A DNA stretch of 64,000 bases, taken from the IMG/VR virus record IMGVR_UViG_3300024297_000001; one strand, given 5' to 3'. This document shows positions 1 through 10,850 of the stretch, in pieces (the first letter of the stretch is position 1; each line of letters begins with the position of its first letter). The notes under the pieces were generated by a model, which saw nothing but the letters and a program-made list of their open reading frames with translations, had not been told where the DNA came from and searched no databases. The position numbers and the translations under genes were made by a program. This DNA is from a virus (taxonomy: Duplodnaviria > Caudoviricetes).

Positions 1-2
1 AT

Positions 3-308
3 GAAAACGCTGATACGATTGGTGGAACAGCAGGTGTTGAGAAGAAACAAATTCAAGTTGACGAACTACCAGAACACGAACACGATATGCGTGGACCAAG
101 TGGAACACAATATTACGCAACAAGAGATGTACAAGGTGCACCAGTAGATGCAGATGCTACAGTGGCAGACGCACCGCAAGGTACAGATGCAGGACAAAAG
201 TTTCCATTCTCAGGTGGAGTGGTAAGCAACACAGCAGTTGGGCAAGACTTTAATGTAATGAACCCGTACTTGGCAATTAACTATCTAATTTATGCGGGGG
301 CAAAATAA
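3..308 (+). CDS. Tail-collar-domain virion protein, C-terminal part (truncated at window start)
   Basis: The frame of ORF 87..308 is open back to nt 3 (ENADTIGGTAGVEKKQIQVDELPEHEHDM...). GG..G.E......ELP.H.H and the terminal N.MNPYLAINYLI are typical of tail-collar/short-fibre proteins. Confidence 0.75.
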   Translation, partial: ENADTIGGTAGVEKKQIQVDELPEHEHDMRGPSGTQYYATRDVQGAPVDADATVADAPQGTDAGQKFPFSGGVVSNTAVGQDFNVMNPYLAINYLIYAGAK

Positions 309-2392
309 TGGCATATCAGATTAATAAAACAAACGGCGACTTACTTGTAAATCTTGTAGACGGACAAGTAAACACACAAACAACTGATATTTCATTAATT
401 GGTAGAAACTATTCAGGATTCGGTGAAAGCATTAACGAAAACTTCGTTAAGATGCTTGAGAACTTTACTAACACACAAGCACCAGCAACTCCGCTAACAG
501 GACAGTTATGGTATGACAGTGGCGAAGCAAGATTAAAATTATATGATGGCGCACAATTTAAAAGTGCAGGCGGTCCAATTGTAAGTCCTACACAACCACA
601 AATGGTTACAGGTGATCTTTGGATTGACAATCAAAACAATAAATTATATTTTTACGATGGAACAGATTTAGTACTTGTTGGTCCTGACTTTTCATCATCA
701 GAAGGAACTTCAGGTTTTACAACTGAAACAGTTTTAGATACAACGCAGTCAAACAGAACACTTGTTAACTTAAACGTTGGTGGACAAAAAGAAGCAATAC
801 TTTCAAATATTAGATTTACACCTAATTCAGCAAATCCTATTACAGGAATTGTTGGAGCAGTTGAAAAAGGTATTAATGTAATTGATGATGACTTTAAGTT
901 TCACGGAACAGCAACTTCGGCAGATACAATTATTAACGCACAAGGCGTTAAGAAAAACGCATCACAGTTTATGCCTACAGATGCTAACGCAACTTCAAAT
1001 GGTACTATCAGCACAATTAACAACGGTGGTATTACAGTAGGACCAGAAGATAATATTAACATTGGTATTGTTGCAAATCAAACAATAATTGCAAACCAAG
1101 TTAGAGATAGAAACTTAGATATCCAAGTAAGAAAAGCAAGTGGTGCAACTTCAGCAATTAAAGTTGACACAGCAAATAGTTACTTAGGTATTTTCAAAGC
1201 ATCACCTACAGCAACACTTGACGTTGGCGGTAGCGTAAAAATTGATGGCGACTTAACAGTTAGTGGTAACACTTTTAGTACAGACGTTGATAACTTAAGA
1301 ATTAAAGATAAAAATATTGAACTTGCTATTACAAGTGATAGTACAGTATTACCAGATGCAGATGTTAATGACGCAGGTATTATTGTTAAAGCAAATCCAG
1401 ACGATAAAGAATTTATTTGGAAACTGGCAACAAACGCATTTACATCAAACGTATTCTTTGATTCAACAGCAGGTTATAAGATTAACGGCAACACAGTTAT
1501 ATCAGGTACAACATTAGGAACAATTACAAGTGCTCCACAAATGCAAACACTTGGTACACTTACAGCATTAGGTGTTGACAACGTTGAAGTTGATGGACAG
1601 AAAGTTTCATCAAACGTAGGTAACTTGCAACTTGAAGCCGCAACAGGCGTAATTGAAATACTTAACACTAATAAGATTTCAGGATTAGGCGAACCAGTTG
1701 CAGGATCAGATGCGGCAACTAAAAATTATGTAGATACTGCTATTGACGGCGAAGGCGTTGCAATGGCACTTGATATCACAGGCATGGGTTACAATCCAGG
1801 TGCAGGAGGCGGAGCGCCTTTTGGTGCTAAACTTGTTACACTGCTTGAGGAGATTGTTCCATCAAGTACAAAAGTAAACGGAACACAAGCAAAAATTCAT
1901 GCAACTGACCAAACATCAGCAAGTGCTACATTGACAGCAAGTGCGTTGAATACAGGGTTAGATGAAACTACAGTAGCAGTTGATAAAACAGTTACAGTAG
2001 CAACAAGAACAGTTGCGTCTATTACTAAAGGTACATTAACTATCTTAACATTAGATGCAGTTCATGGATATGATGCAGGCCGTAATGTAACAATTTCGGG
2101 TGCATTAGGAGTTACAGCAATTAATGGTACATACGCTATTAATAGGATTGTAAGTTCAACAGAAATAGAGATAAACTTAGATACAAGCAGTGAAGTTGGT
2201 ACATATACAGCGGATAGTGCGAGTGTATCGAGGGTAACAGAAACAGGGCAGGAAAACGAGACCGTACTAAAAGATGTACAGTTTAGTGACGTAACAGGAT
2301 CGGTTTCACTAACAGTTAACAGATACGTATTAACATGTACTGTAACTGCTGGTGCCTGGGTTTATACCAGCGGAGTAAGTTCGACGGTATAA
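308..2392 (+). CDS. Virion structural / tail-fibre-baseplate protein (694 aa)
   Basis: N-terminus MAYQINKTNG...LIGRNYSGFGESINENFVKMLENF is paralogous to 2426..3904. Body is Thr/Ser/Gly/Asn-rich and beta-like, with a DAATKNYVD fibre motif. Confidence 0.75.
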   Translation: MAYQINKTNGDLLVNLVDGQVNTQTTDISLIGRNYSGFGESINENFVKMLENFTNTQAPATPLTGQLWYDSGEARLKLYDGAQFKSAGGPIVSPTQPQMVTGDLWIDNQNNKLYFYDGTDLVLVGPDFSSSEGTSGFTTETVLDTTQSNRTLVNLNVGGQKEAILSNIRFTPNSANPITGIVGAVEKGINVIDDDFKFHGTATSADTIINAQGVKKNASQFMPTDANATSNGTISTINNGGITVGPEDNINIGIVANQTIIANQVRDRNLDIQVRKASGATSAIKVDTANSYLGIFKASPTATLDVGGSVKIDGDLTVSGNTFSTDVDNLRIKDKNIELAITSDSTVLPDADVNDAGIIVKANPDDKEFIWKLATNAFTSNVFFDSTAGYKINGNTVISGTTLGTITSAPQMQTLGTLTALGVDNVEVDGQKVSSNVGNLQLEAATGVIEILNTNKISGLGEPVAGSDAATKNYVDTAIDGEGVAMALDITGMGYNPGAGGGAPFGAKLVTLLEEIVPSSTKVNGTQAKIHATDQTSASATLTASALNTGLDETTVAVDKTVTVATRTVASITKGTLTILTLDAVHGYDAGRNVTISGALGVTAINGTYAINRIVSSTEIEINLDTSSEVGTYTADSASVSRVTETGQENETVLKDVQFSDVTGSVSLTVNRYVLTCTVTAGAWVYTSGVSSTV

Positions 2393-2393
2393 C

Positions 2394-2401
2394 GATAAAT
2401 A
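2394..2401 (+). promoter_or_regulatory. T4-late-like promoter box GATAAATA
   Basis: Intergenic variant of TATAAATA, followed by SD-like AAGGGG and the ATG at 2426. Confidence 0.55.
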
Positions 2402-2425
2402 CTAACAATGAAGGGGTAATATACT

Positions 2426-3904
2426 ATGGCATACATTATTAACAAAACCGACGGTAGCCAGATTGCAGTAGTTGAAGACGGTACAGTCAATCAAACTACT
2501 GATCTTAAACTTGTTGGTAAAAATTACGCTGGTTATGGCGAGATTCAGAACGAAAACTTCGTTCATTTGCTTGAGAATTTCTCAAGTGCGAATGCTCCGT
2601 CCAGAGCAATCAGCGGACAACTTTGGTTTGACTCAGGAACGAGCAAATTAAAGTTCTATGACGGAACAAAATTTAGAACAACTGGTGGAGCAGAAGTAAG
2701 TGCAAGTCAACCATCAGGACTAACTGAAGGTGACTTTTGGTGGGATAACGCAAACAATCAGTTGTATGCGAACACTGGTGCAGGCTTTGTACTAATTGGT
2801 CCACAATCACAAGGCGCTACAGTTACATCATTTGTAACTGATTCAGTAACAGACATTGCAAATGTACAAAGAACAGTAATCAAAGGTACTATCAATGATG
2901 AAGTAGTAGTGGTATTAAGTGCCGCTGACTTTACAATCGACGGAACTGTCCCTAACAATGCCATAACAGGGTTCGACGTTATTCATCAGGGTATGACTTT
3001 AAAGAATACTACTAATGCACAACAAGGTGTTACTTCAACAGGACATAGATTCTGGGGTACAGCAACAAACGCAGATAAATTAGGCGGACGTTCAGCAAGT
3101 GAATATGTTGTATCAATTCCAGGACAAGAAAGTTCATTTAACGAAGTTGTAAGATTTGCAGATGCAGGATTTACAGTTGGTGATTCAAATGACTTATCAG
3201 TTAAAATTGAAAACGGTAACCAAGCAGTTATTAGTAACGATGTTGGTACTGTAATTAGATTTAAAGTTGATAATGCATCAGCACAATCAACAGAGCCAGT
3301 ACAGTTTAAAGCAGAGGGTATTTTCCCAGGTGCTAATACAACTTTTGACATTGGTTCAAGTGCATTAAAATTTAGCAACATGTGGGCAACTACATTTAAC
3401 GGTACGGCAACTTCTGCTAACGCAATGGTTGTTGGATCTAATAACAGAACAGCAAGTACTTCAGCAACTAACGACACAGTAGCAGTTAGAGATTCAAGCG
3501 GTGACTTGTTTGCTAACAACTTCCAAGGTGTTGCAAGTTCGGCAAAATACGCTGACTTGGCAGAGAAATATACTACAGACGATCAGTATCCAGTAGGAAC
3601 TATTATGACAATTGGTACAGATGAAGGTAGTGAAGCAACTTGGTGCCCAATGACAGAGATGCCAATTGGTGTTATTAGTACTAAACCAGCATACTTAATG
3701 AATGCAGACGCAGAAGGACAAGCGATTGCACTTAAAGGTAGAGTACCAGTAAGAGTTATAGGACCTGTTAACAAAGGTGACAAACTATACGTAGGTGCTA
3801 ACGGTACTGCACAAAAAGCAGACGAAGGCGACTTGGTTGGTATTGCTTTAGAATCAAATGATAGACACGAAGAAAAATTAGTTGAAGCGTTCTTGAAAGT
3901 ATAA
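2426..3904 (+). CDS. Tail fibre/spike protein with C-terminal intramolecular-chaperone (peptidase G2-like) domain
   Basis: N-terminus paralogous to 308..2392. C-terminal AKYADLAEKY...GT....G...IGVISTKPAYLMN...IALKGRVPVRVIGPV.KGD.L is typical of the phi29-gp12-type autocleavage domain. Confidence 0.75.
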   Translation: MAYIINKTDGSQIAVVEDGTVNQTTDLKLVGKNYAGYGEIQNENFVHLLENFSSANAPSRAISGQLWFDSGTSKLKFYDGTKFRTTGGAEVSASQPSGLTEGDFWWDNANNQLYANTGAGFVLIGPQSQGATVTSFVTDSVTDIANVQRTVIKGTINDEVVVVLSAADFTIDGTVPNNAITGFDVIHQGMTLKNTTNAQQGVTSTGHRFWGTATNADKLGGRSASEYVVSIPGQESSFNEVVRFADAGFTVGDSNDLSVKIENGNQAVISNDVGTVIRFKVDNASAQSTEPVQFKAEGIFPGANTTFDIGSSALKFSNMWATTFNGTATSANAMVVGSNNRTASTSATNDTVAVRDSSGDLFANNFQGVASSAKYADLAEKYTTDDQYPVGTIMTIGTDEGSEATWCPMTEMPIGVISTKPAYLMNADAEGQAIALKGRVPVRVIGPVNKGDKLYVGANGTAQKADEGDLVGIALESNDRHEEKLVEAFLKV

Positions 3905-3917
3905 GAGGAAGTAACAA

Positions 3918-4838
3918 ATGGCAATAATTACAGCGGCAAGATATAACTCGTTACAAGCAACAGTTGAAAACATAATGGGTAATGGTGCGGGTCAGTTCGG
4001 TTATGGACAGACTTTAGCGTCATCACAGGTTGCGGCGGACACTGTAATTGATTCAGGACACATGTCCACACTTTACACAGATTTAATTAATGCAAGAGTA
4101 CACCAAGTAGGTAGTGTTCCTAATTCAGTTGCAACGGTAAGTGCAGGTGATGTTATTGAGGAAGATGCTACAGACACAGGTACTGCAAGAGGTATTTTAC
4201 AATACGAAGATTTAGCAAGTACTGTTGAAACTGACAAAGCATTAATTTATACTGCTGATACTTCACAAAGTACAATCACTGCAAACAAAACAAACAGTTC
4301 ATCAACTAATGCATGGGCAGGAGTACGTGACCATATTGTTACAGTAACGTTTGCAACAGCAGATGCACGTAGACACTTTTTTAATGCAGGTGGTGAAATT
4401 AGATTTACTGCTGACTTAGATCCAGCGGCTTCAAATGGTAAGAACAACGATTGGAACTCATTGTTAGCAAACATGGGAACAGTTACATTTAAATCAAATA
4501 ACTGTCCATCATTAGGTTCAAGTCCAGGAACAAGTTTCAATATTGGTAACTTTGACATGACTGCTACAGACCAACTTGTATTCCAAAAAGATGGTACAGG
4601 TGTATATGCAGAAAACGATTACAATATTAAAGCAAAAGAACTTAATTCAACTACAATACAGTTTACTATTCAATTTAGAGATGATGACGTAGGTGATGAC
4701 ACAAACAACGATGGTGCATTCAACCCACAAGATGAATCAGTAACAGGTACATTACAAAGTGTGGTTGGAGAAAGACTACCTACAGGGTCAAGAGTTTCTT
4801 TAACTTCCCCAACATTTAATACCACAAATACTCTTTAA
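3918..4838 (+). CDS. Virion structural protein (306 aa)
   Basis: Starts MAIITAARYNSLQ...G.GQFGYGQ; Thr/Ser/Asn/Asp-rich; co-oriented with the tail genes. Confidence 0.6.
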   Translation: MAIITAARYNSLQATVENIMGNGAGQFGYGQTLASSQVAADTVIDSGHMSTLYTDLINARVHQVGSVPNSVATVSAGDVIEEDATDTGTARGILQYEDLASTVETDKALIYTADTSQSTITANKTNSSSTNAWAGVRDHIVTVTFATADARRHFFNAGGEIRFTADLDPAASNGKNNDWNSLLANMGTVTFKSNNCPSLGSSPGTSFNIGNFDMTATDQLVFQKDGTGVYAENDYNIKAKELNSTTIQFTIQFRDDDVGDDTNNDGAFNPQDESVTGTLQSVVGERLPTGSRVSLTSPTFNTTNTL

Positions 4839-4851
4839 TACCTTAGTACGT

Positions 4852-4859
4852 AGTAAATA
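4852..4859 (+). promoter_or_regulatory. Late-type box AGTAAATA, 5 nt before ATG 4865
   Basis: Sequence AGTAAATA-TTACT-ATG; no room for an SD. Confidence 0.55.
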
Positions 4860-4864
4860 TTACT

Positions 4865-5209
4865 ATGGACGAGAAACTATCAAAAGCCTTAGAATTTGGA
4901 AACTATTCTGCAACTCTTAATAACCAAAGAAGAATGTTGAAAGAAAAGTTTGCTACAGAGTCAATGTATTTCTTTGCAGGTGGACAATTTACAATTACTA
5001 AAGAGTTGATTAACTATGTTTACACATTAAAATCAACAGAGCAAGATTCATTTGTATTAATTGATGATACAGATACTCCGATCTTAATTGAAGACATATC
5101 AGACTTTTACAATAATATTACAGACAAATACTATGTTGCACTAAACAACTATCACAAAGATTACAGCAAACTTGAAAAAAGTAGATCTGTAGACGGATTG
5201 GTGGAATGA
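4865..5209 (+). CDS. Hypothetical protein (114 aa)
   Basis: Clean ORF after a late box; ATGA overlap with the next gene. Confidence 0.7.
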   Translation: MDEKLSKALEFGNYSATLNNQRRMLKEKFATESMYFFAGGQFTITKELINYVYTLKSTEQDSFVLIDDTDTPILIEDISDFYNNITDKYYVALNNYHKDYSKLEKSRSVDGLVE

Positions 5210-6027
5210 GCAGTGGAGTACTATTATTTGCATTTAATAATGAGCAAGTGGATTATGTATCACAGGCTCAGTACCTTGCAAAAAGAATACGCAAATATTT
5301 AGACTTACCAACTACACTTGTAACAGATGATGTAGAACGTGTTGTAAAATTTTACAACGGAAAAGAAGTGTTTGACGAAATTCTTTCTTCGTCTATAGAA
5401 CAAAAAAATCACAAAACATATCACGACGGAAGTTTATCTAAAAAAGTATTAGAGTTTAAGAACTTTAATAGAAGTGATAGTTACGATATAAGTCCTTATG
5501 ATAGAACTCTTGTGTTAGATACGGACTACATTATAAGTAACGACTTACTTGCACAAGCAATGAAGTTACCACATGAACTAATGATGTATAAAGACAGTAT
5601 GGATATTAGTGGTTGGCGTGATACAAGTGAGTTTAAATTAATTAGTGAAACATCAATAGACTTTTGGTGGGCAACTTGTATTATATTTGACAAGTCAGAA
5701 CGTAATAATGCTTTCTTTGATCTTGTAAAACATATAAAGAAAAATTACGAACACTATCGTAATCTATATCAAGTTACAACAACAGTATTTAGAAATGATA
5801 TTGCATTTAGTATTGCAAATAACATCATGGGTTATACAAAAGAACTGCCGGGCAAAATGGTTTATAGCACAGGCAAAGATATATTACAAGAAATTAAAGA
5901 CGATGAATTAACTTTACTTGTTGAAAAACAAGATCGTGTAGGAGAATATACACTAATAAAGTCAAAAGGTATAAATTTGCATGTAATGAATAAGTTTAGT
6001 TTAGGAAGGGAGATTACAAATGCCTAA
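5206..6027 (+). CDS. GT-A fold glycosyltransferase-like protein
   Basis: GVLLFAFNN...Y...A..LA N-terminus and a TLVLDTDYI DxD motif; paralogous to 6020..6835. Confidence 0.6.
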   Translation: MSSGVLLFAFNNEQVDYVSQAQYLAKRIRKYLDLPTTLVTDDVERVVKFYNGKEVFDEILSSSIEQKNHKTYHDGSLSKKVLEFKNFNRSDSYDISPYDRTLVLDTDYIISNDLLAQAMKLPHELMMYKDSMDISGWRDTSEFKLISETSIDFWWATCIIFDKSERNNAFFDLVKHIKKNYEHYRNLYQVTTTVFRNDIAFSIANNIMGYTKELPGKMVYSTGKDILQEIKDDELTLLVEKQDRVGEYTLIKSKGINLHVMNKFSLGREITNA

Positions 6028-6835
6028 TTTTACCTTCCTTGCACAAAACAGCGAATACAATTACATACGTCAAGCAGAACTATTAGCATTAAGCATTAGG
6101 AAAACTAATCCAGATAGTAAAATTTGTTTAATTACCAACGATGATGTAGAACAAAAAGAATTGTTTGATGACATTGTACCTATACCATGGGAAGATAAAG
6201 CAGAAGAACACAAGTGGAAAGTACAAAACCGTTGGAAGATTTACCATGCTTGTCCATATGATGAAACTTTTGTATTAGACACAGACATGATTGTATGTCA
6301 TGACCTAACACACTGGTGGAACCTAATGCAAAATTACGAAGTTTTTTACACAACAAACGTTACAGATTATAAACAAAGTAAACTTAATGTAACATATTAT
6401 AGAAAAATGTTTGAAGCAAACAACTTACCAGACATTTATGTTGCACTACACTATTTTAAGAAGTCTGACTTTGCAAAAAAGTTTTATGAAGCGTTAGAAT
6501 ACACAATGAAAAATTGGGAAGAGTGTTATACAAAGTATGCACCAAAGAAAATGCAAAAGATTGCCAGTGTAGATGTGTGTACAAGTATTGCAATTAAGAT
6601 GTTAGGTGTAGAAAACAAAGTTACAAACAAGACTTTAGCATTTCCTACGTTCGTTCATATGAAGCCTTATGCACAAACTTGGAATACACAAACAAAGAAG
6701 TGGCAAGATCGTGTAGGTTGTTTTGTTAATGACGATGCACAGTTAAGAGTAGGCGGGCATTTACAAGACACAGTGTTTCATTATACTGAAAAAGATTTTA
6801 CGGATAGATTTTATGACAGATATGCACAAAGATGA
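6020..6835 (+). CDS. GT-A fold glycosyltransferase-like protein (GT8-like)
   Basis: YIRQAELLALSIRKTNP..KICLIT, TFVLDTDMIV (DxD) and a C-terminal FVHMK/FHY motif. Confidence 0.65.
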   Translation: MPNFTFLAQNSEYNYIRQAELLALSIRKTNPDSKICLITNDDVEQKELFDDIVPIPWEDKAEEHKWKVQNRWKIYHACPYDETFVLDTDMIVCHDLTHWWNLMQNYEVFYTTNVTDYKQSKLNVTYYRKMFEANNLPDIYVALHYFKKSDFAKKFYEALEYTMKNWEECYTKYAPKKMQKIASVDVCTSIAIKMLGVENKVTNKTLAFPTFVHMKPYAQTWNTQTKKWQDRVGCFVNDDAQLRVGGHLQDTVFHYTEKDFTDRFYDRYAQR

Positions 6836-7376
6836 AGTACAAACATATATAGAGTTTGATCCTAAGACAGGAAACATTCAAACTATTACCTCCTATCCTC
6901 AGAACCAACACATAGAAGTTAATCCTGATGATGTAAAAGGATTATTAGATGGCTCAGAAAACTTCTTACACTACAAAGTACAGTTCAACCCAACTTCAAC
7001 CATGTATGAACTTGTCAATGTGTATGATGAAGAACGTTTCGAATACAATGTACACAACAGCATATACAAAGTACCTACAGATATTGAAGCAGACATTAAT
7101 ATTATAAAAAATTACAAAACAAAAACATGGCAACTACAGTTTGGCAAACTATTTTCCAAAACATTAGAAAAGAATAGTGTAACATTACAAACTGTTAAAA
7201 ATTTTAGCGTAGTTGCTAAGAACGATCCTTATAAACTACATAGAACATTACGATTTAATTTAGCAGATACAAATTTAGACTTGCAATTTGATCAAGATGA
7301 TGCTATAATAACACAATACGACTTATATACTAACAAGTTGTTCAACAGTTACAGCACAGGAGTCATTAATGATTAA
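6813..7376 (+). CDS. Hypothetical protein (187 aa)
   Basis: ORF overlapping both neighbours in the operon; no recognised motif. Confidence 0.6.
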   Translation: MTDMHKDEVQTYIEFDPKTGNIQTITSYPQNQHIEVNPDDVKGLLDGSENFLHYKVQFNPTSTMYELVNVYDEERFEYNVHNSIYKVPTDIEADINIIKNYKTKTWQLQFGKLFSKTLEKNSVTLQTVKNFSVVAKNDPYKLHRTLRFNLADTNLDLQFDQDDAIITQYDLYTNKLFNSYSTGVIND

Positions 7377-8256
7377 GATTGCAGAACAAGATATTATTTT
7401 TTTAAGTTACGATGAGCCTAATGCTGAAGAAAACTGGGCAGACTTAAAAAGAAAAGTGCCGTGGGCAAAACGTGTACATGGTGTAGAAGGTAGTGATGCC
7501 GCACACAAGGCATGTGCAGACTTATCAGAAACTAAACACTTCGTTACAGTTGACGGAGACACTATTGTTGATCCTAAATTTATAGAAGTAGTATTAGACT
7601 TAGACAAGTTAGGTGTAGATGACGACTATCAGTTTAGTTGGTGTGGTAAGATTGACGTCAACGGACTAATGTATGGTAACGGTAGTTTAAAAATGTGGAC
7701 TAAAGAGTTTGTTAAGAATATGAAAACTCATGAAAACACAGATGGTTCTGATGATACACAAATAGAATTCTGTTACTTTGACAACTATTATCAACTCAAC
7801 GAAAATTATAGTAAAAGTATTATTACTGCTACTCCACACCAAGCATGGCGAGCAGGATTTAGAGAAGGTGTTAAGATGTCATTGGATAGAGGAACACCTA
7901 TTAATGACTTGAAAGAGTTATGGTGGCAGAATTATCATAGATTGTTAGTCTGGATGATGGTAGGTGCAGATGTTGAAAACGGTTTATATAGTATTCTTGG
8001 TGCAAGACAAGGTTGTTATAAAACAATGTGTACCGAATGGGATCATACGCAAACAAGAGATTTTTTATACTTAAATAAACTGTGGGAAGAAAGCGATTTT
8101 CACAGTGGTAATGTTGTGGATCGTATTACAGATATAGGAACTTTAATTAGAAATGAATTAGATGTTCCTCTTGCAGTACATCCATATGATAATGAACAAA
8201 GTGAATTTTTTAAAACTGTTTACAAAAATAGTGATAGGGTGATTAGACGAAAATGA
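7369..8256 (+). CDS. GT-A-like (GT2-like) protein
   Basis: IIFLSYDEPNAEENW...AAHKACA...FVTVDGD (DxD); paralogous to 14965..15654. Confidence 0.55.
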   Translation: MIKIAEQDIIFLSYDEPNAEENWADLKRKVPWAKRVHGVEGSDAAHKACADLSETKHFVTVDGDTIVDPKFIEVVLDLDKLGVDDDYQFSWCGKIDVNGLMYGNGSLKMWTKEFVKNMKTHENTDGSDDTQIEFCYFDNYYQLNENYSKSIITATPHQAWRAGFREGVKMSLDRGTPINDLKELWWQNYHRLLVWMMVGADVENGLYSILGARQGCYKTMCTEWDHTQTRDFLYLNKLWEESDFHSGNVVDRITDIGTLIRNELDVPLAVHPYDNEQSEFFKTVYKNSDRVIRRK

Positions 8257-8498
8257 AAATTAGGTACTATCGAAATATCAAGGGGTGGCGTTGGTTAGGA
8301 TTTTTTCTTGCCATGGCATCTGCTTATATTTTAAGTAGTGGTAATCCTGACTACCAAGTTATGGGTTGGAGTGTTGCATGTTTTAGTTGTGGCATTTGGA
8401 TTTACATGGGTTGGAAAGACGGAGATACACCACGTGCATTGATGGAACTGTTTTATTTGGTACTTGCTATACGTGGAATTATTAACTGGATTCAATGA
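8253..8498 (+). CDS. Small 3-TM membrane protein (half-transporter-like)
   Basis: 81 aa with three hydrophobic segments; pattern similar to 57445 and 58491. Confidence 0.55.
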   Translation: MKIRYYRNIKGWRWLGFFLAMASAYILSSGNPDYQVMGWSVACFSCGIWIYMGWKDGDTPRALMELFYLVLAIRGIINWIQ

Positions 8499-9862
8499 GC
8501 GAAGTAGAAAGAATAAAGCAGATAATGCCAGAGGTCGACAAGATCTCTCCTACCTTCTGCTTGGCTAAATGGCACCACGTAACAATATATTTGCAAACAG
8601 GCGAAACACACAGTTGTTATCACCCAGCACCACATAAGATTCCACTTGAAGGATTAATTGACAATCCAAGTCAACTACACAATACACCGCAAAAGAAACA
8701 AGAACGTAAACAAATGCTTGAAGGCGAAAAGCCAAGCGGTTGTCAATACTGTTGGAATATTGAATGTATGGGTAAAGACTATATTAGTGATAGGCATATT
8801 AAAACAGCAAGTATATACACACCTAAACGTATTGAAGAAATAAAAAGTAATCCATGGGATTATAATATTAATCCAGAATACATTGAAATAAATTTTAGTA
8901 ATGAATGTAATTTTAAATGCGGTTACTGCCATCCTAAGTTTAGCAGTAGATACTATAACGAAATTAAAAAAGAAGGTCCATATACAGATGTATCTGCACA
9001 CCGTAATGACATTGATTGGTTTGAATTATATGAAGAAGAAACTAATCCTTATGTAGAAGCATGGTGGAAGTGGTGGCCAGAAGTTAGTAAGACACTAAAC
9101 ATCTTACGTGTTACAGGCGGCGAACCTTTAATGCACAAAAGTACTTGGCGTTTGTTTGACGAACTTGAAGCAAATCCTAAACCACATATTCAAATTGAAG
9201 TAAACAGTAACATGGGTGTTAAGGAATCTCTTGTACACAAACTTGTAGAACGTGTAAAAGAACTTAAAGCAAAGAACTGTATAAGAAGTTTCAAATTATA
9301 CACAAGCATAGATACTTGGGGACCTAAAGCAGAATACACAAGACGTGGATTAGATATTGAACTATGGGAAAAGAATTTAGATTACTATCTAACAGAACTT
9401 GGTTATCCTGTAACGTTTATGATTACATTTAACTTGTTTGCTGTAACGAGTTTTGATTTATTGCTTAATAAAATACTTGAATGGCGTAAGAAGTACACAA
9501 GATCTAATGCAGGTGTACAATGGCAAAACATTAGATTTGATACTCCTTATCTAAAAGAGCCAATACAGTTTGACATGAACATATTACCTAAGGATCAGTT
9601 TGTTCCGTACATGACAAGGCACCTACAGTTCATCGGAGACAACGTTGATGACAATGACCGCCATAAGTTTAGTTTGTTGGAGTATGAGCGTTTTAGACGT
9701 GTTGTAGACTATATGCGTACAACTACTTACGATGATAAGAAGTTAGCAATAGGACACAAAACTTTTTATAATTGGTTTACGCAATATGATAAACGTAGTG
9801 GTAGTAGTATTGTTAAAACGTTTCCGGAACTTAAAGAATTTTATGATTCTTGTAGATCTTAG
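8495..9862 (+). CDS. Radical SAM protein with N-terminal twitch/SPASM-like Cys region
   Basis: CNFKCGYC motif, TGGEP, and N-terminal CLAKW...SCYH...CQYC. Confidence 0.9.
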   Translation: MSEVERIKQIMPEVDKISPTFCLAKWHHVTIYLQTGETHSCYHPAPHKIPLEGLIDNPSQLHNTPQKKQERKQMLEGEKPSGCQYCWNIECMGKDYISDRHIKTASIYTPKRIEEIKSNPWDYNINPEYIEINFSNECNFKCGYCHPKFSSRYYNEIKKEGPYTDVSAHRNDIDWFELYEEETNPYVEAWWKWWPEVSKTLNILRVTGGEPLMHKSTWRLFDELEANPKPHIQIEVNSNMGVKESLVHKLVERVKELKAKNCIRSFKLYTSIDTWGPKAEYTRRGLDIELWEKNLDYYLTELGYPVTFMITFNLFAVTSFDLLLNKILEWRKKYTRSNAGVQWQNIRFDTPYLKEPIQFDMNILPKDQFVPYMTRHLQFIGDNVDDNDRHKFSLLEYERFRRVVDYMRTTTYDDKKLAIGHKTFYNWFTQYDKRSGSSIVKTFPELKEFYDSCRS

Positions 9863-10850
9863 AAGCAAGAATTTGATTGTGTGTTAACACAGCATTCATT
9901 TCATTTAACATTTCTTTACAGTCATCAATACTTAATAACTTAATGCTATCTAACAAGTAACGTATTTTGTTCATACGTTTTGTATGATCTTCTTCAGTAT
10001 CGTAACTTTCGTCCCAAGTAAATGTTTTAAATCCTAACTCACGAATGTATTCTAATGTATAAGGTGGTGCAACGCAAACAAAAGGACGTTTATGTATCAT
10101 TGCGTTAACAGTTTTCTCACTAAAGTTTCCTGTAGGCTGATAGAAACGTGTTTCGTTTGCTACAACGCAAAAACTTTTTTCATAGTAAGCAGATAAACTT
10201 GCTGGACCGTTTAGTTGTCCTATAGGCCATTTTTTATGTGCAGGGTCTATACTTTGTAATTCTGTATCAATGCTTAATGCTGGATCACTAAATGCCCAAC
10301 TATAGTAACCTGGTGTATCTTGTAAGTGTTCTATTATTAAACGTCTGTGTAAACTATAACGCCAATTAGGACAAATAAAGTGTTTATCAATATTGTTGTT
10401 AACATTAACAATACCGCCGTTGAATTGATTGCGTAAAAATATATCAAAGCATTTAAGTTCAAACGGATAGTAGTCTATATGTTTGTTTACATTGTAATCA
10501 CAAGTGTATACAGTAATTTCTGCATTTAATTTTTTACTAAATTCTAAAATACTATCTAATTCATCAGCACGTAATTTTTCTCCGCCTTGAAATTCGCTAA
10601 AGAAATCTCTGTTATGCTTTTTACCATCTTCGTATAATGTTAATGGTTCGTACAAATATATGTTAAGTTTTTTAAGTTTCTTTAACATTTTAGGAGTAAG
10701 AGGAAACTTATCAAAGTCTATATTATTTGTACCTGTGTATATAATAAAAGGATCTTTAGGAAACCAATGTTCAAATAGTTCAGTAAACATTGAACCTAAC
10801 TTTGTAGATTTTACAGGAAGGTTACCCCAGAATATATCTTGTTTGAACAT
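9831..10850 (-). CDS. GT-B/exostosin-like glycosyltransferase-like protein
   Basis: C-terminal FCVVANET...FSEKT..AMIHKRPFV...L..LGFKTF.WDESYD resembles GT-B (GT10/GT47-like) nucleotide-binding halves. Confidence 0.45.
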   Translation of the reverse strand: MFKQDIFWGNLPVKSTKLGSMFTELFEHWFPKDPFIIYTGTNNIDFDKFPLTPKMLKKLKKLNIYLYEPLTLYEDGKKHNRDFFSEFQGGEKLRADELDSILEFSKKLNAEITVYTCDYNVNKHIDYYPFELKCFDIFLRNQFNGGIVNVNNNIDKHFICPNWRYSLHRRLIIEHLQDTPGYYSWAFSDPALSIDTELQSIDPAHKKWPIGQLNGPASLSAYYEKSFCVVANETRFYQPTGNFSEKTVNAMIHKRPFVCVAPPYTLEYIRELGFKTFTWDESYDTEEDHTKRMNKIRYLLDSIKLLSIDDCKEMLNEMNAVLTHNQILASKIYKNHKIL

